A DNA stretch of 63,842 nucleotides, the filler included, from Octopus bimaculoides (lineage: Eukaryota), in the NCBI RefSeq assembly GCF_001194135.2. It is 9 parts of 8 records of this genome, joined end to end, with 100 filler letters (N's around TTAATTAATTAA, not from the genome) between each part and the next. Parts side by side here need not be neighbours in the genome. Positions count along the whole stretch, not along the records: positions 1 to 26,980 come from NC_068987.1; 8 more parts are not named here. One strand, written 5' to 3'. Positions 1-11,653 of the stretch are shown piece by piece (within the stretch, counting starts at the first letter, position 1; each line of letters opens with the position of its first letter). The translations under genes and the position numbers were made by a program. The notes below the pieces were generated by a model, which saw only the letters and a list, made by a program, of their open reading frames with translations, did not search any database and was not told where the DNA came from.

Positions 1-660
1 TTGTTCTTGACAACCGTAGATGTTCTTGACAATCGTAGATGTTCTTGACAATCGTAGGTGTTCTTGACAATCTTATGTGTTCTTGACAATCGTAGATGTT
101 CTTGACAATCGTGGTTGTTCTTGACAATCGTAAATGTTCTTGACAATCTTATGTGTTCTTGACAATCGTAGGTGTTCTTGACAATCGTGGTTGTTCTTGA
201 CAATCGTAGATGTTCTTGACAATCGTAGGTGTTCTTCACAATCGTAGATGTTCTTAACAATCGTAGATGTTCTTCACAATCGTAGGTGTTCTTGACAATC
301 ATAGATGTTCTTCACAATCGAAGATGCTCTTNNNNNNNNNNTGTGTTCTTGACAATCGTAGGTGTTCTTGACAATCGTGGTTGTTCTTGACAATCGTAGA
401 TGTTCTTGACAATCGTGGTTGTTCTTGACAATCGTAGATGTTCTTGACAATCGTGGTTGTTCTTGACAACCGTAGATGTTCTTGACTATCGTGGGTGTTC
501 TTGACAATCGTGGGTGTTCTTGACGATCGTAGATGTTCTTGACAATCGTAGATGTTCTTGACAACCGTAGATGTTCTTGACAATCGTAGATGTTCTTGAC
601 AATTGTTAGTGTTCTTCACTATCGTAGGTGTTCTTGACAGTCGTTGATGTTTTTCACAAT
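1..660. repeat. 19-bp minisatellite (consensus GTTCTTGACAATCGTAGAT), roughly 33-34 copies, continues beyond the window start
   Basis: The unit recurs with a 19-nt period, with variants in the last bases (AGGT, GGTT, ATGT). There is a 10-nt N gap at 333-342. Confidence 0.97.
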
Positions 661-1207
661 CTCTTTCTTTACCTTTTGTCGATTTGATAATCTGTGATGT
701 AGTGATAAATATCATATTCAAGCATTATAAATCTGCCTCAAATTGGCTAAAATTATGAACCAAAGCATTATCATGTATTTTAAAATCATGCATAAATTAA
801 ACAGCCTCACTCAAGATTAATAATTGTAGAGGAAATTACTGGAAAATCTTCTTTAGACGAATGTATTCGAAGATATTCGATGATGATTATTTAAAAGTTC
901 TTCAACGGAGACATTTGAAAATGAGCCAAAATTATGCTTGTGCAGAGAGATATAAATAACGTAGCACTATGCTATATTTTTCTAACGTGCGTCATGTTTA
1001 GTGCATGGCGTAATTATTAATTAATAAGCTTTATAGACCGGATGTAATTTTGTGCATCTTCACATACGCTCACAGGAGTGACTGACCCCACTCCTCGCCC
1101 TACATCTTCTTACACTTCTGCGTTGAATAGCAAGCGCTAAGACAAGCGTTGAGCTTTGGGTCCAATGAGACAAACGTTCTAGGTATGAGATTTACGATAA
1201 AATAACC

Positions 1208-1524
1208 TTTCTCTTTTACCTTTACTTCTTTCAGTCATTTGACTGCGGCCATACTGGGGCACCGCCTGGCGGGATGGTAAGCTTGTCGAACAAATCGACG
1301 TCAGAACTTTTTTTAAAATCTTAGTACTTATTCTATCGATCACTTTTGCCGAACAGCAAGGTTACAAGTACGTAAGCAGATCAACAGCGGTTGTGAGGCG
1401 GTGGTGGAGAACAGACACAGACACAAAGACATACACACATAAATAAATACATACATACATAAACACACACACACACACATACGACGGGCTTCTTTCAGTT
1501 TCGGTTCACCGAATCCACTCTCAA
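1208..1524 (-). mobile_element. tRNA-derived SINE family A (Octopus CORE-type SINE), 3' two-thirds
   Basis: Reverse complement of the family A body and tail (…GAAACTGAAAGAAGCCCGTCG…CCGCAGTCAAATGACTGAAA…), which recurs many times in this window. Confidence 0.85.
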
Positions 1525-1526
1525 GT

Positions 1527-1729
1527 AATTTTGGCGCAAGGCCAGCAAGTTGGAGGGAGGGTGGTAAGTCGATCACATTGACCCCAGTACTTGACTGATG
1601 CTCTTTTTATCGACCCCGAAAGGATGAAAAGCAAAGTCGACCTCGATGGAATTTGAACTCAGAACGTAAAGACGGGCGAAATACCGCCAAGCATTTTGCC
1701 CGGCGTGCTAACGATTCTACTAGCCCACC

Positions 1730-1732
<3 letters not shown>
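1527..1732 (-). mobile_element. tRNA-derived SINE family B, short-tail type
   Basis: Reverse complement of GAATCGTTAGCACGCCGGGC…GTTCTGAGTTCAAATTCC…CTTTCATCCTTTCGGGGTCGATAAA; abuts an (AAT)n tract. Confidence 0.9.
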
Positions 1733-1785
<53 letters not shown>

Positions 1786-1835
1786 GTAATAATAATAACA
1801 ACAATAACAACAACAACAACAATAATAATAATTCC
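1731..1835. repeat. (AAT)n/(AAC)n microsatellite
   Basis: Seen directly. Confidence 0.95.
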
Positions 1836-2084
1836 TACTATAGCCATAAGGCCTGATATTTGTGGGGAGGGTACTTAATAATAGTAATAATGGTTTCAAA
1901 TTCTGACACAAACCAGCATTCTTACGGGAGTTGGTCTCGCCGAGGCCAATTTTGTCTTTCATCTGTTCGGGATCAATAAAATAAAGGACCAATTGAATAC
2001 TGGGGTTGATGTAATCGACTAACTCCGTCTTCCTAAAATTACTGGTCACGTGCCGTGAAACTAACGACTTAAAAGACCAAAAAC

Positions 2085-2630
2085 TATCATGGAAGTGGCT
2101 CAGGAAAGGCAACTTCGAAAAGAAGATCGAAAACCTAATCATCGCTGCCTAAGACCAGGCATTGAATACTAACTTAGTGAAAAGAGATATATACCACACA
2201 CGTACAACGAATGTGTGGGAAGAAGTCGAAAGCGTGACTTACATTGTCAGAGCTTGTGAAAGTCTAAAATCTTGCGTAGAAAGAGTAGAAGCGTAGACAC
2301 GACAAAGTAGCCCCAAACCTTCACTGACGACTACGCCGGAAGTATAGAAATGAGGTAACGGGTGCTTGGTACCAACATACACCGGAAAAGGTAACAGACG
2401 AAAACGGCAAGATGTTAGAGCAACAAAGGCTGGATATTGTAATAATCAACGTGGCAGTGTCAGGAGATCAACATACTATGATGGAAGAAAAAGAAAAGGT
2501 CGACAAATACGGAAACCTGAGAACTGAGGCCGCCAAGATGTGGCAGCCGTGAGAGTCAGCCATAAAAGTTTGTTCTGTTGTCATCGGAGTTTTGGGTTCA
2601 ATACCACCGAACCTGAAGAAACATCTGGAC
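2085..2630 (+). mobile_element. R4/Dong-clade non-LTR retrotransposon, decayed C-terminal (post-RT and restriction-like endonuclease) fragment
   Basis: Frameshifted translation gives SWKWLRKGNFEKKIENLIIAA*DQALNTN…ESVTYIVRAC…RKYRNEVTGAWYQHTPEKV…KEKVDKYGNLRTEAAKMW…VVIGVLG. This matches the SWxWL…AAQDQAL and KExEKxxKY…VVIGxLG motifs of R4/Dong proteins. Confidence 0.8.
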
Positions 2631-2783
2631 CCCAGAACTCAGCTAGTACTTATTTTATCGACCCTGAAAGGATGAAAGGTAAAATCGACCTCGGCGGAAT
2701 TTGAACTCAGAATGCGAAGATAGACGAAATGCCACTAAGCATTTTCCCCGGCACGCTAACGATTCTACCAGCTCGCCGCCTTA
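2627..2783 (-). mobile_element. SINE family B copy
   Basis: Same head and body as the other B copies; followed by (AAT/AAC)n. Confidence 0.88.
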
Positions 2784-2821
2784 AATAATAATAAAAACAA
2801 CAACAACAATAATAATAATAA

Positions 2822-3010
2822 TGGTTTCAAAGTTTGCCACAAGGGCAGACATCGACTCCAGTGTTTCACTGGTACTTAATTTATTGACCCCGAAAGGATA
2901 AAAGGCAAAGTTGACCTCGGTGGAATTTGAACTCAAAACGTAGCGGCAGACGAGTTACCGCCAAGCATTTCGTCCAGCGTGCTGACGATTCTGCCAGCTC
3001 GACGCCTTAA
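2822..3010 (-). mobile_element. SINE family B copy
   Basis: Same family B sequence, in tandem with the previous copy. Confidence 0.88.
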
Positions 3011-3399
3011 ACAACAACAATAATAACGATAAGCATTATTATTATGACTTTTTAGTTTTGTCCTTTTTTCTATCTTCTTTTTTTTCTTTTATCCATTTTT
3101 CTTTTCTTTTCTATCCTTTTTTTCTACCACATGACTTTGTAAATGCACAATCTGGTGTGTTTATTTTATTGGCCTACCAATGTATACAGCGAGTTCCTTT
3201 GCCTTAGGTGTCGAGAAGACACTCGACAAGAAACGGTAATAAAATTCAATGAAGAAGAACAAACTCATGACAATATTGTCATCCCATGATTGGTGAGCGT
3301 TGTACTGTGCTGTGTCCGTCTGCTGCAGTCGACCAAAACAGAATAAATGTAAAACACACACAAAAAAACAAAAAAAAAACTGAGAAGAGAATTGCTGTG

Positions 3400-3810
3400 A
3401 TTCATTGCATGGAGTCTAATGTATTCTACTATATCAACAATTATGATGAACTGTGTTGATAAAATAAAATAAAGCGCACAGACTTAGGAAGAATAATTTT
3501 TATCATCCGCCAGAGAAAATTATTCACAATGCGAGACAATGAGGAAAAAATGTTGGTGTTGTGATTTGATGAAATGAACCAAAATAAACGTTCCTATAAA
3601 TATAGACTGCAATTCTGGACAATGTGAAGTCGTTATTTGCTGACACGAAGAGTCTGATAATACTAAAATATTTACGACTGACAAATGGTACTTTCAATGG
3701 TTTAAAAACCGTTCTAAAATTCACAATGTGAAAATGTCTGTTGAGGCTAGTGTTACTATTGACGACGCAGTGATGGAAGAGCGACGCTTCGAATTTAGTC
3801 ATTTAACAGC
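3400..3810 (+). mobile_element. Tigger/pogo transposase relic (CENP-B-type HTH region)
   Basis: Translation fragments EKMLVL*FDEMNQ and KWYFQWFKNRSKIHNVKMSVEASV resemble the Tigger motif GWFxxFKxRxxLHNVKxxGEAAS. Contains stops and frameshifts. Confidence 0.7.
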
Positions 3811-4081
3811 TGAAGGAAGCTGCAATTTCTAACTTAGTTCTTTCAATATGGACACAACATTTTTATTGGAAAAAAAGAAAAGAAAAAGAAACTGCCGGCA
3901 GATCGTAGACCACTTGTGAGGATCTGCTCATGGTTTCAATGTTGCTAGCAAATCAGATGGCATTGCTTCAAAGTGATAATGCTAAAGAAATATTTTAAAC
4001 TCAAACTTTTCTGAGATGACTCAAAATAAAGCGTATGGTGGAATCCCGACTTTCTGTGTTTTGGTGCGCAAAAGAAACAAG

Positions 4082-4425
<344 letters not shown>

Positions 4426-5116
4426 GAGAAAAGGAAGGCGAGCCGGACGTCGATACGCCTGTTACCGACTAGGAAGAAAAGGATGTCTCAAAACCCGATG
4501 ACCATCTGACCATTAACCTGGGACTTCTCCCATTTTTTGAGAATGCAGTAGGGGTATGGTGGATAATTAACTTCCATTGTGTTCACGATAGTAAACTTCA
4601 TGTTACCCTTAAAAGAAACGCCGGCTTAGGTTTTTCAGAAGTTTAGGTCGGCTTAATTTGATATTTTAGTAATATTTCGCTACTGCGAAATGGTATACTT
4701 TTCTTTTAGATTATAACAGCATATCCTGCAATATTATGAGTAAATTTTTATTTATTTAATCAACAGTCTAGCTGCCTTTTGACAACAAAGAGCCGTGTTT
4801 CAGCTATAAATATCAAATCATACTTGGTTACAGTGGTTCATTATTATATGTCTCTGATCTGTTGCCGCCGCTAATCGTTTTGTATAAGCGGCGATAGATC
4901 AAAGTCGGGAGAAAACTTTAAACTTTAAATCAGTTTTTTTTCAAACTTTCATTCGCGGTTTCTTTTGATGGAGCTTGTTCGTTTCACAGGGCTGAATTTA
5001 ATCAACCCGAGTTAGTCTCATTAAATCGGTTTCTATAAATTATGAACAAAATTTACCTACATAAGCCTTTGGAGTCGGTAAATTAAAACCATATTATTAT
5101 TATTATTATTATTAGA

Positions 5117-5337
5117 AAGGCAGCAAGCTGGAAAAATCATTATTAACAAATCAAGCAAAATGCTTAGCAACATTTCATCCGTCTTTACGCTCTGAGTTCA
5201 AATTTTGCTGAGGTCGACTTTGCCTTTCAAACCATTGGAATCGATAAAAAAAAATACCAATCAATTATTTAGGTCGATGTGATCGATTAGCCCCCTCCTC
5301 CAAAATTTCAGGCGTTGTGCCTATAGTAGAAAGGATT
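5117..5337 (+). mobile_element. SINE family B copy
   Basis: Head AAGGCAGCAAGCTG follows (ATT)n; tail ends …GTGCCTATAGTAGAAAGGATT. Confidence 0.88.
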
Positions 5338-5350
5338 ACCATTATCATTA

Positions 5351-5531
5351 AAGGCGGCAAGCTGACATTTCGTCTGCCTCGACGTTCTGAGTTCAAATTC
5401 CACCGAGGTCGACTTTGCCTTTCATCCTTTCTGGGTCGATAAATTAAGTACCAGTTGCGTACTAGGGTTGATGTGATCGACTTATCCCCTCTCCCCCAAA
5501 ATTTCGAGCCTTGTGCCTATAATAGAAAGGA
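5351..5531 (+). mobile_element. SINE family B copy with internal deletion in the head
   Basis: AAGGCGGCAAGCTG…GAGTTCAAATTCCACCGAGGTCGAC…TAGAAAGG, then (ATT)n. Confidence 0.88.
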
Positions 5532-5655
5532 TTATTATTATTATTATTATTATTANNNNNNNNNNNNNNNNNNNNNNNNNNNNNNNNNNNNNNNNNNNNN
5601 NNNNNNNNNNNNNNNNNNNNNNNNNNNNNNNNNNNNNNNNNNNNNNNNNNNNNNN

Positions 5656-5701
5656 ATGTGGTTGGTAAGCAAGCTACTTACCACACAGCCACTCCTACGC
5701 T
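5656..5701 (-). mobile_element. SINE family A head, remainder lost in the N gap
   Basis: Reverse complement of GCGTAGGAGTGGCTGTGTGGTAAGTAGCTTGCTTACCAACCACAT. Confidence 0.8.
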
Positions 5702-6133
5702 ATGTGTACACTAATACACATATACTCGTTGTGTCTGATAGTATGAAAGAGACGCATGTGTATATTAGACGAAAAGCAGTTAAAGCGAGGCCCAACTTTG
5801 CACACAGAATCCAAGGTGAACTATTGAGACGCTTCTCTAAGAAAAAGAACGTCTTACAAGTCATCGAAAGCCCTGTAATGTATGTAAAACCTACTCCATT
5901 TGTTTTTCTTTCTCCTTTTCTGTCGAAGAGCGTAGACTTTTCCATTTTTCTCGAGTTTCAAACTAATACACCTGTTTGTTGTTCCCTCATCTGTCTTACC
6001 TTCGCGTTTTCGGTACATGTGAATCATGTGTGCGTGTGCCTGTCTGTGCGTCTGTGTGTGTGTGTATGTGTGTTTGAGCCATTCATGTGTGTGCGTGTGT
6101 GTTTGAACCATATGTGTGTGTGTCTGTGTGTGT

Positions 6134-6241
6134 GCGTGGCTATAGGCACAGGCGTGGCTATAGGCACAGGCGTGGCTATAGGCACAGGCGTGGCTATAGG
6201 CACAGGCGTGGCTATAGGCACAGGCGTGGCTATAGGCACAG
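6134..6241 (+). repeat. Six perfect 18-bp tandem copies (GCGTGGCTATAGGCACAG) derived from the SINE A 5' terminus
   Basis: Copies start at 6134, 6152, 6170, 6188, 6206 and 6224 and run directly into the SINE head at 6242. Confidence 0.95.
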
Positions 6242-6410
6242 GCGTGGCTGTGTGGTAAAAAGCTTGCTTCCCAATTACATGGTTTCGGGTTCAGTCCCAC
6301 TGCGTGACACCTTGGGCAAGTGTCTTCTACTATAGCCTCGGGCCGACCAAAGCCTTGTGAGTGGATTTGGTTGACTGAAACTGAAAGAAAACCGTCGTAT
6401 ATTTACATGT
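6236..6410 (+). mobile_element. SINE family A, 5' half
   Basis: A-box-like TGGCTGTGTGG, B-box-like GGTTCAGTCC and CORE-like GACACCTTGGGCAAGTGTCTT. Confidence 0.9.
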
Positions 6411-6494
6411 ATATATGTGTGTGTGTGTGTAACCGTACACATACACGCACACGTGCATATTTATACACACATATACATGCATATGTATGTAGAC

Positions 6495-6708
6495 GAGTCT
6501 AGGACATTTACGTCGCCTCCACCGGACAATAACCCTCCCCTAGGACAATTACTCCTGAGGACAACAGATGATGATTTAAAACTTCTTAATATATTGGAGA
6601 GGGTGTAATTAACCAAGTGGGGTGTGATTGTCTTAGGGGGTAGTTGTCATCGGGGGAATTGTTCTATGGAGGTGGTAATTATCCTCAGAGGAGTAATTGT
6701 CCTGATAC
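6495..6708. mobile_element. MITE-like fold-back element with repeated subterminal GGACAATTAC motifs (possibly Mutator-derived)
   Basis: The left end carries about 4 GGACAWT-like motifs. The right end carries their reverse complements, e.g. AGGACAATTACTCCT at 6542 versus AGGAGTAATTGTCCT at 6689. Confidence 0.65.
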
Positions 6709-7119
6709 GATGTACATACATGCATGCACATACGTCAGTATGTAAGTATATATGTTTATATTTCCTGGGCATTTCTTCGCTGTATTTCTATTGTTAAGCT
6801 CGCCAAAACATGGCTCATCAGGCGACGTCTTTTAATCTATTTCCTTAAACACACACACACACGAGAAGGAGCATTTAGTATCATTAAATGAAGAACTTTG
6901 TTATGATAAAACTATTAGGAACAATGTAACAAGGACTATCGAGCTATTAAGTAATAAGAGACATAGAAAAACCGCACAGATGACAAGTATCACTTGTTAT
7001 TGAAAACTAAAACATAATTGTCAAGGGACATCTAGAATGTTATTTGAAGTACCAGTAATAGAGACGACATAGTCATTAATCTCAAAGAAAAATCATTCGG
7101 GTCGAGAGATATCGCTGAA

Positions 7120-7500
7120 AGGCGAGAAACTCGCAACCGCACACAGACCGACCTAATCGTCTGACTGAAAACTAAATTTATCGTGCGATCGTTTGAAAGC
7201 AAATGGTATGAGCAGTCTGATTGGTTATTAGATCGCTTTGCTGAAATAGTGTCTTTGCATCGTGACTCTACCTATGAAGGATCAAAGAATTTTTCAGGAT
7301 TAACTACGATACAGAATGACATTATTTATGCAATTGGTAGCGTAATGGCCAATGTTATTCAAAATGAAGTTCAAAGTGCCACATTTATTTCAGTGCAAAG
7401 TAGGCCAGACTACTGACTGTAGTTTCATCGGTAATAAACAGCCGACGGTACATTGTTGTGCAGTGAATGCCCAGCTCTCTATTATCGCCGAGGATGTAAC
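7120..7500 (+). mobile_element. hAT (ZMYM1-like) transposase relic, N-terminal part
   Basis: RSFESKWYEQSDWL is TTF zinc-finger-like. TIQNDIIYAIGSVMANVIQNEVQSATFISVQ is followed, after a frameshift, by GQTTDCS (degenerate DETTD). Confidence 0.75.
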
Positions 7501-7681
7501 TCACAAACAGGGCATGTGTAGATAGAATTCTTCTTCAAGGAGCCGAAGCTTGATCTTTATTATCGCGTTAATTGTATATACACCAAGCTTCGCATGCGGG
7601 CTGAAGTATGTACATACATACATACATACATGCATACATACATACATACATACATACGGATATATGTATATAGCTTTGAGA

Positions 7682-7917
7682 AAGGCGATGAGTTGGCAGA
7701 AACGTTAGCACGCTGGGCGAAATGCTTAGCGGTGTTTCGTCTGTCACTACGTTCTGAGTTCAAATTCCGCCGAGGTCGACTTTGCCTTTCATCCTTTCGG
7801 GGTCGATTAAATAAGTACCAGTTGCGCACTGGGGTCGATATAATCGACTTCATCCGTTTGTCTGTCCTTGTTTGTCCCCTCTGTGTGTAGCCCCATGTGG
7901 CCAGTAAAGAAATAAGA
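7682..7917 (+). mobile_element. SINE family B, long-tail type, inserted in the hAT relic
   Basis: B head and body, then the alternative tail TTTGTCTGTCCTTGTTTGTCCCCTCTGTGTGTAGCCCC…AAAGAAATAA. Confidence 0.9.
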
Positions 7918-8007
7918 TGTATATGTATATGCGTGTGCGTATATAGTGAATGAACAAAACACACACATATATATATATATATATACACACACTCATATAT
8001 ATATATA

Positions 8008-8147
8008 AGCGCAGGCGTGGCTGTGTAGTACGAAGTTTGTTTCCCAACCGCATGGTTCTAAGTTCAGTCCCACTGTGTGGCATCCTGAATAAATGTTTTC
8101 TACTGTTGCCTCGGGTCGGCCAGAGTCTTGTGAGTGGATTTGGTAAT
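8008..8147 (+). mobile_element. SINE family A, 5' part
   Basis: GCGCAGGCGTGGCTGTGTAG…GTTCAGTCCCACTG…GTGAGTGGATTTGGTAA. Confidence 0.85.
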
Positions 8148-8325
8148 AAAGGACGAAGACCGTTCAGCTACGTTGATGTTATTGTTAAAAGCACTACATG
8201 AAACTGAGAGCCTAACAGAGAACAGAGATACCTGGCGCAGCGCTGTGATGTGCATCTTCGCTTTGCAGCCTCTTGAAGAAGAAGAAGAAGAAGAAGAAGA
8301 AGGAGAAGGAGGAGGAAAAAGAAAG
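8148..8325 (+). mobile_element. RTE-type LINE 3' end with (GAA)n tail
   Basis: YVDVIVKST…LTENRDTWRSAV resembles the RTE C-terminal YxD…DRxxWR motif, and is followed by (GAA)n. Confidence 0.6.
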
Positions 8326-8329
8326 AAAG

Positions 8330-9130
8330 GAACGATATAACTCAGTGCAAAATAAATGGAAGATTTTAAGGAATTTGTGATATAAGTTTTGGTAAAGGTG
8401 CATCGAGGTCGGCTGATACAACAGAAAATGTTTTAAAAACCTTCATTGAATTGCTAAAACGAAATTGAAAATCTAAACGTACGATTTCGATCGAGTAGTT
8501 GTAACGGCACGTGAATAAAACAGAGTGCAAACAAAAATGGGGGTGAAAGGTTTTAAATACAGAGATTTCATGCATTGTGTGCATAAAATAAGTTTGATTT
8601 TGAGCAGAAAGCCTTAGTAAGCCAGTAGATTTGTTTTCGCGCCTACGCATTTTTGAGTACAAAGCTGAAATGTGTCGTCAGAGATTTTGATATCAGCATT
8701 TAGCCATTAAAGAGTTGTGTGAAAATAAGAAAAGTGCATTTGAAAATATTTTGGACAATAATGAAATGTAGGATGAGGATACACTCAGTGAAGCTGCTAA
8801 TTTATTGACGAAATTAAAAGACTTTCATTTGTAAGTTTTCCACGAACAGCTTTCTTAGTCCCCTAACACTGAGAAACCATTTGATATTGTACAGTGTAAT
8901 GCACTTAGCGTATATTATGCCTGCAAGAAAATAAATGATTTTATTTAATACATCGAAAATCATTGTAACGATGAACTTTGGGAAAACAATGGCTGAAGTT
9001 GAATAACTCACTGAATTGGACTTTCCTCCGACAGAGAGAACACGGGAAAGCAAATGAACTATAAAGTGACATATATGTCGAAATATTAATAGAACACGAT
9101 TCGATTTGGAAGAGCGATTTGCGTACACTG
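8330..9130 (+). mobile_element. hAT transposase relic, central part
   Basis: FMHCVHKISLIL resembles the hAT HCxAHxLNL motif. TLSEAANLLTKLKDF…FDIVQ also fits. Multiple stops. Confidence 0.65.
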
Positions 9131-9334
9131 AGGAATTTTTATATTTAGAATCACATGATGTGAAAAATTTTTTAGTGTTTGCTTAGATGTTCTCTGCAAA
9201 ACATGGAAAAATTCGTTATGCAAAAATGGTTAATTAGAAAACTTCGGTAAATGAGCTCAAGTAAAATTAGTTTAAGAGAATTTTTTTTTGTTTACTCTTA
9301 CTGAAACTGCTAAACTAATTCGGCTTCTTTTCAA

Positions 9335-9420
9335 TATGAGACGTTTTGACATTGCTGTTTTGGCGCTGATCCTTTGATGTCGCTGATTTGACGCTGACTC
9401 ATTTGACATCGGACGTTTAA
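9335..9420. mobile_element. Degenerate TIR-like segment with repeated TTTGRCRY motifs
   Basis: About five copies (TTTGACAT, TTTGGCGC, TTTGATGT, TTTGACGC, TTTGACAT). No partner end found. Confidence 0.4.
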
Positions 9421-9863
9421 ATGTTTCTCTCGTTTTCTCCCCGCGCTCTCTCTCTGTCTATGTGTGCGTGAGAGCAGATTTCTCTGTGTATAAGAAGAGG
9501 GAAAGAGTTTATGTCAGTTGTCTTCAATTAAAACATTGTAATGTCTTTTTCTCTCCCCAACTTCTCTGCTCTCTCGCTCTACCTGTATGTATAGATTTCT
9601 GCCAATGCATGCATGACTTAGTTTGCTTCAGTTGTAGTAGTGTTCACAAAACAGGCTGAATGACCAGTCAGTCGAACCAAATCTTTAGCTTTCAAACAGC
9701 TGCACCCAGTTGTCTCATTATGCTTCAACCATCTCCACAGCTTCGGTTGCGAATATTTGAAAAACTAGATCAAGATTTTTTTCCTTAAAAACTTATATTA
9801 TATATGTGTGTGCGTGTGTTTTTGTGTATATAGTTGAAACTCATTGCTATATATGTGTATATA

Positions 9864-10261
9864 TACTCTTTTATTTGTTTCAGCCATTTGACTGCGGCCA
9901 TGCTGGAGCACCGCCTTTAGTCGAGCAAATCGACCCCAGGACTTATTCTTTGTAAGCCTTGTACTTATTCTATCGGTCTCTTTTTGTCGAACCGCTAAGT
10001 TACGGGGATGTAAACACACCAGCATCGGTTGTCAAGCGATGTTGGGGGGGGGACAAAAACAGACACGCAAACACACACATATATATACATATATACGACG
10101 GGATTCTTTCAGTTTCCGTCTACCAAATCCACTCACAAGGCTTTGGTCGACCCGAGGCTAGAATAGAAGACACTTGCCCAAGGTGCCACGCAGTGGGACT
10201 GAACCCGGAACCGTGTGGTTGGTAAGCAAGCTACTTGCCACACAGCCACTCCTGCGCCTAT
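9864..10261 (-). mobile_element. SINE family A, full length
   Basis: Complete from head (ATAGGCGCAGGAGTGGCTGTGTGG) to tail (GAAACAAATAAAAGAGTA) on the minus strand. Confidence 0.95.
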
Positions 10262-10628
10262 ATATTGATATATATATGTATATTAATATATATATATGTA
10301 AATGTTTGTTTTATGTTCAGTTACAATAAAAAAAACAACAATTTAACAATCTTACATTAATGTAACAAGTTACTCTACACTTTTGTAGAGTACAAATTTA
10401 TTATTCTTATACAAAAACGTTGTTAACCTTTACATTGTCAAAGCAAAAGGATTAAATCCAATAAAGACCACAAGCAACAAAAATACTGTCACACCTTGTG
10501 CCTACCTAACGAAAGTGGAACCCTTACAGGCTTGTTTACAAAGTTCTTAATACATGAATAAATTTTACAGAGTAACATTTTAGCGAACTCTAGTGAAATT
10601 CCTCTCTCTATCATATATACATAAAGAC

Positions 10629-10831
10629 ACTTCGTCGGTTACGACGACGAGGGTCCCAGCTGATACGATCAACGGAACAGCCTGCTCATGAAATTAACGT
10701 GCAAATGACTGAGCAATCTACAGACACGTGTACCAGTAACGTAGTTCCCAGGGAGACTCAGCGTGACACATAGCGTGACAAAGTCGGCCCTTTGAAATAC
10801 AGGTACTACTCATTTTTGCCAGCTGAGTGGA
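10629..10831 (-). mobile_element. SINE family C, 3' part
   Basis: Reverse complement of GTCCACTCAGCTGGCAAAAATGAGTAG…CGTAACCGACGAAGT. It shares the GTCCAYTCAGCTG block with the copy at 50992. Confidence 0.7.
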
Positions 10832-10899
10832 CATACATACGAACGTAGCAGGTAACAGCTAACCTCTGGGCGCTGTTTTGGACCTCGTTGTGTCTACTA

Positions 10900-11070
10900 C
10901 TCTGATTGGTTGGTTTTGGCGCAATTTGTCACTTACTCGATCGCACGCCAGTATGCAACCCAACCAATCGCAGCCTCCAAATAAATCACGCGAGACAGTC
11001 TGTTCTAAACTACATTTGAGCCTGCCGTTAGCTATAAAAACTCACCTCCTCCTAGTCTCGGAGTCTGTTG
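10900..11070 (+). promoter_or_regulatory. Candidate Pol II promoter: two inverted CCAAT boxes plus a TATA box
   Basis: CTGATTGGTT (10902-10911), AACCAATCG (10962-10970) and TATAAAA (11033-11039). Motif evidence only. Confidence 0.4.
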
Positions 11071-11610
11071 TTTCTAGACCTTCTAAGGTCTAACCACTGA
11101 CCACCTTACAGCGATTTCCATCTTCGTCGCCACAATCATGTCTCTCACCAACGTCGTCAACAACATCTCTATACAGTACCAACACACTGCACAGGTTCTA
11201 ACATATCGCCCGTTCGTGAATTCCTCACCAGGGTTAACAGCTAACATACAACCCACGCAGATGCATGTAGATATATGAATAAATGTCCATCAACCACTTT
11301 CATTTATCATTCAACTTGTGTATATATACGTGTGGCCGGCATTAAAGGCATTTAAAGTTACCACCTTGTTCCATGTATTTCTTTATACCGGGTTTCCTGT
11401 CATATGATATTACAGCCTTCTGAGTAGAGTCACATTAGATGGAATACAACCATCACCATCTAAAACATAACCCCAAATTTAACCAATAAAGATTTTTCCG
11501 AAAAACCTTTTCATAAAAAGCTAATTACCACCCCACTTAAACCCACACAGCAAAAAATAATTTTAACTCAATAGAGACTATATAAAGGCAAAACTAACTC
11601 GAATGCATCA

Positions 11611-11653
11611 CAGTCCGACGATGGCATTGCAGGGCGAAACTTCGAAGTTACTG
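11611..11653 (+). ncRNA. Degenerate minimal type I hammerhead-like motif
   Basis: CAGT-CCGACGA-T-GGC…GGC-GAAAC-TTCGAA-GTT-ACTG. Stem I CAGT/ACTG pairs and stem III is the palindrome AACTTCGAAGTT, but the core has U4>C and stem II is imperfect. Confidence 0.45.

Noticed and set aside
1-660. CRISPR-like appearance of the 19-bp repeats (and of the 32-bp repeats at 26349)
   Set aside because: Units are contiguous with no unique spacers, there are no cas genes and the context is eukaryotic.
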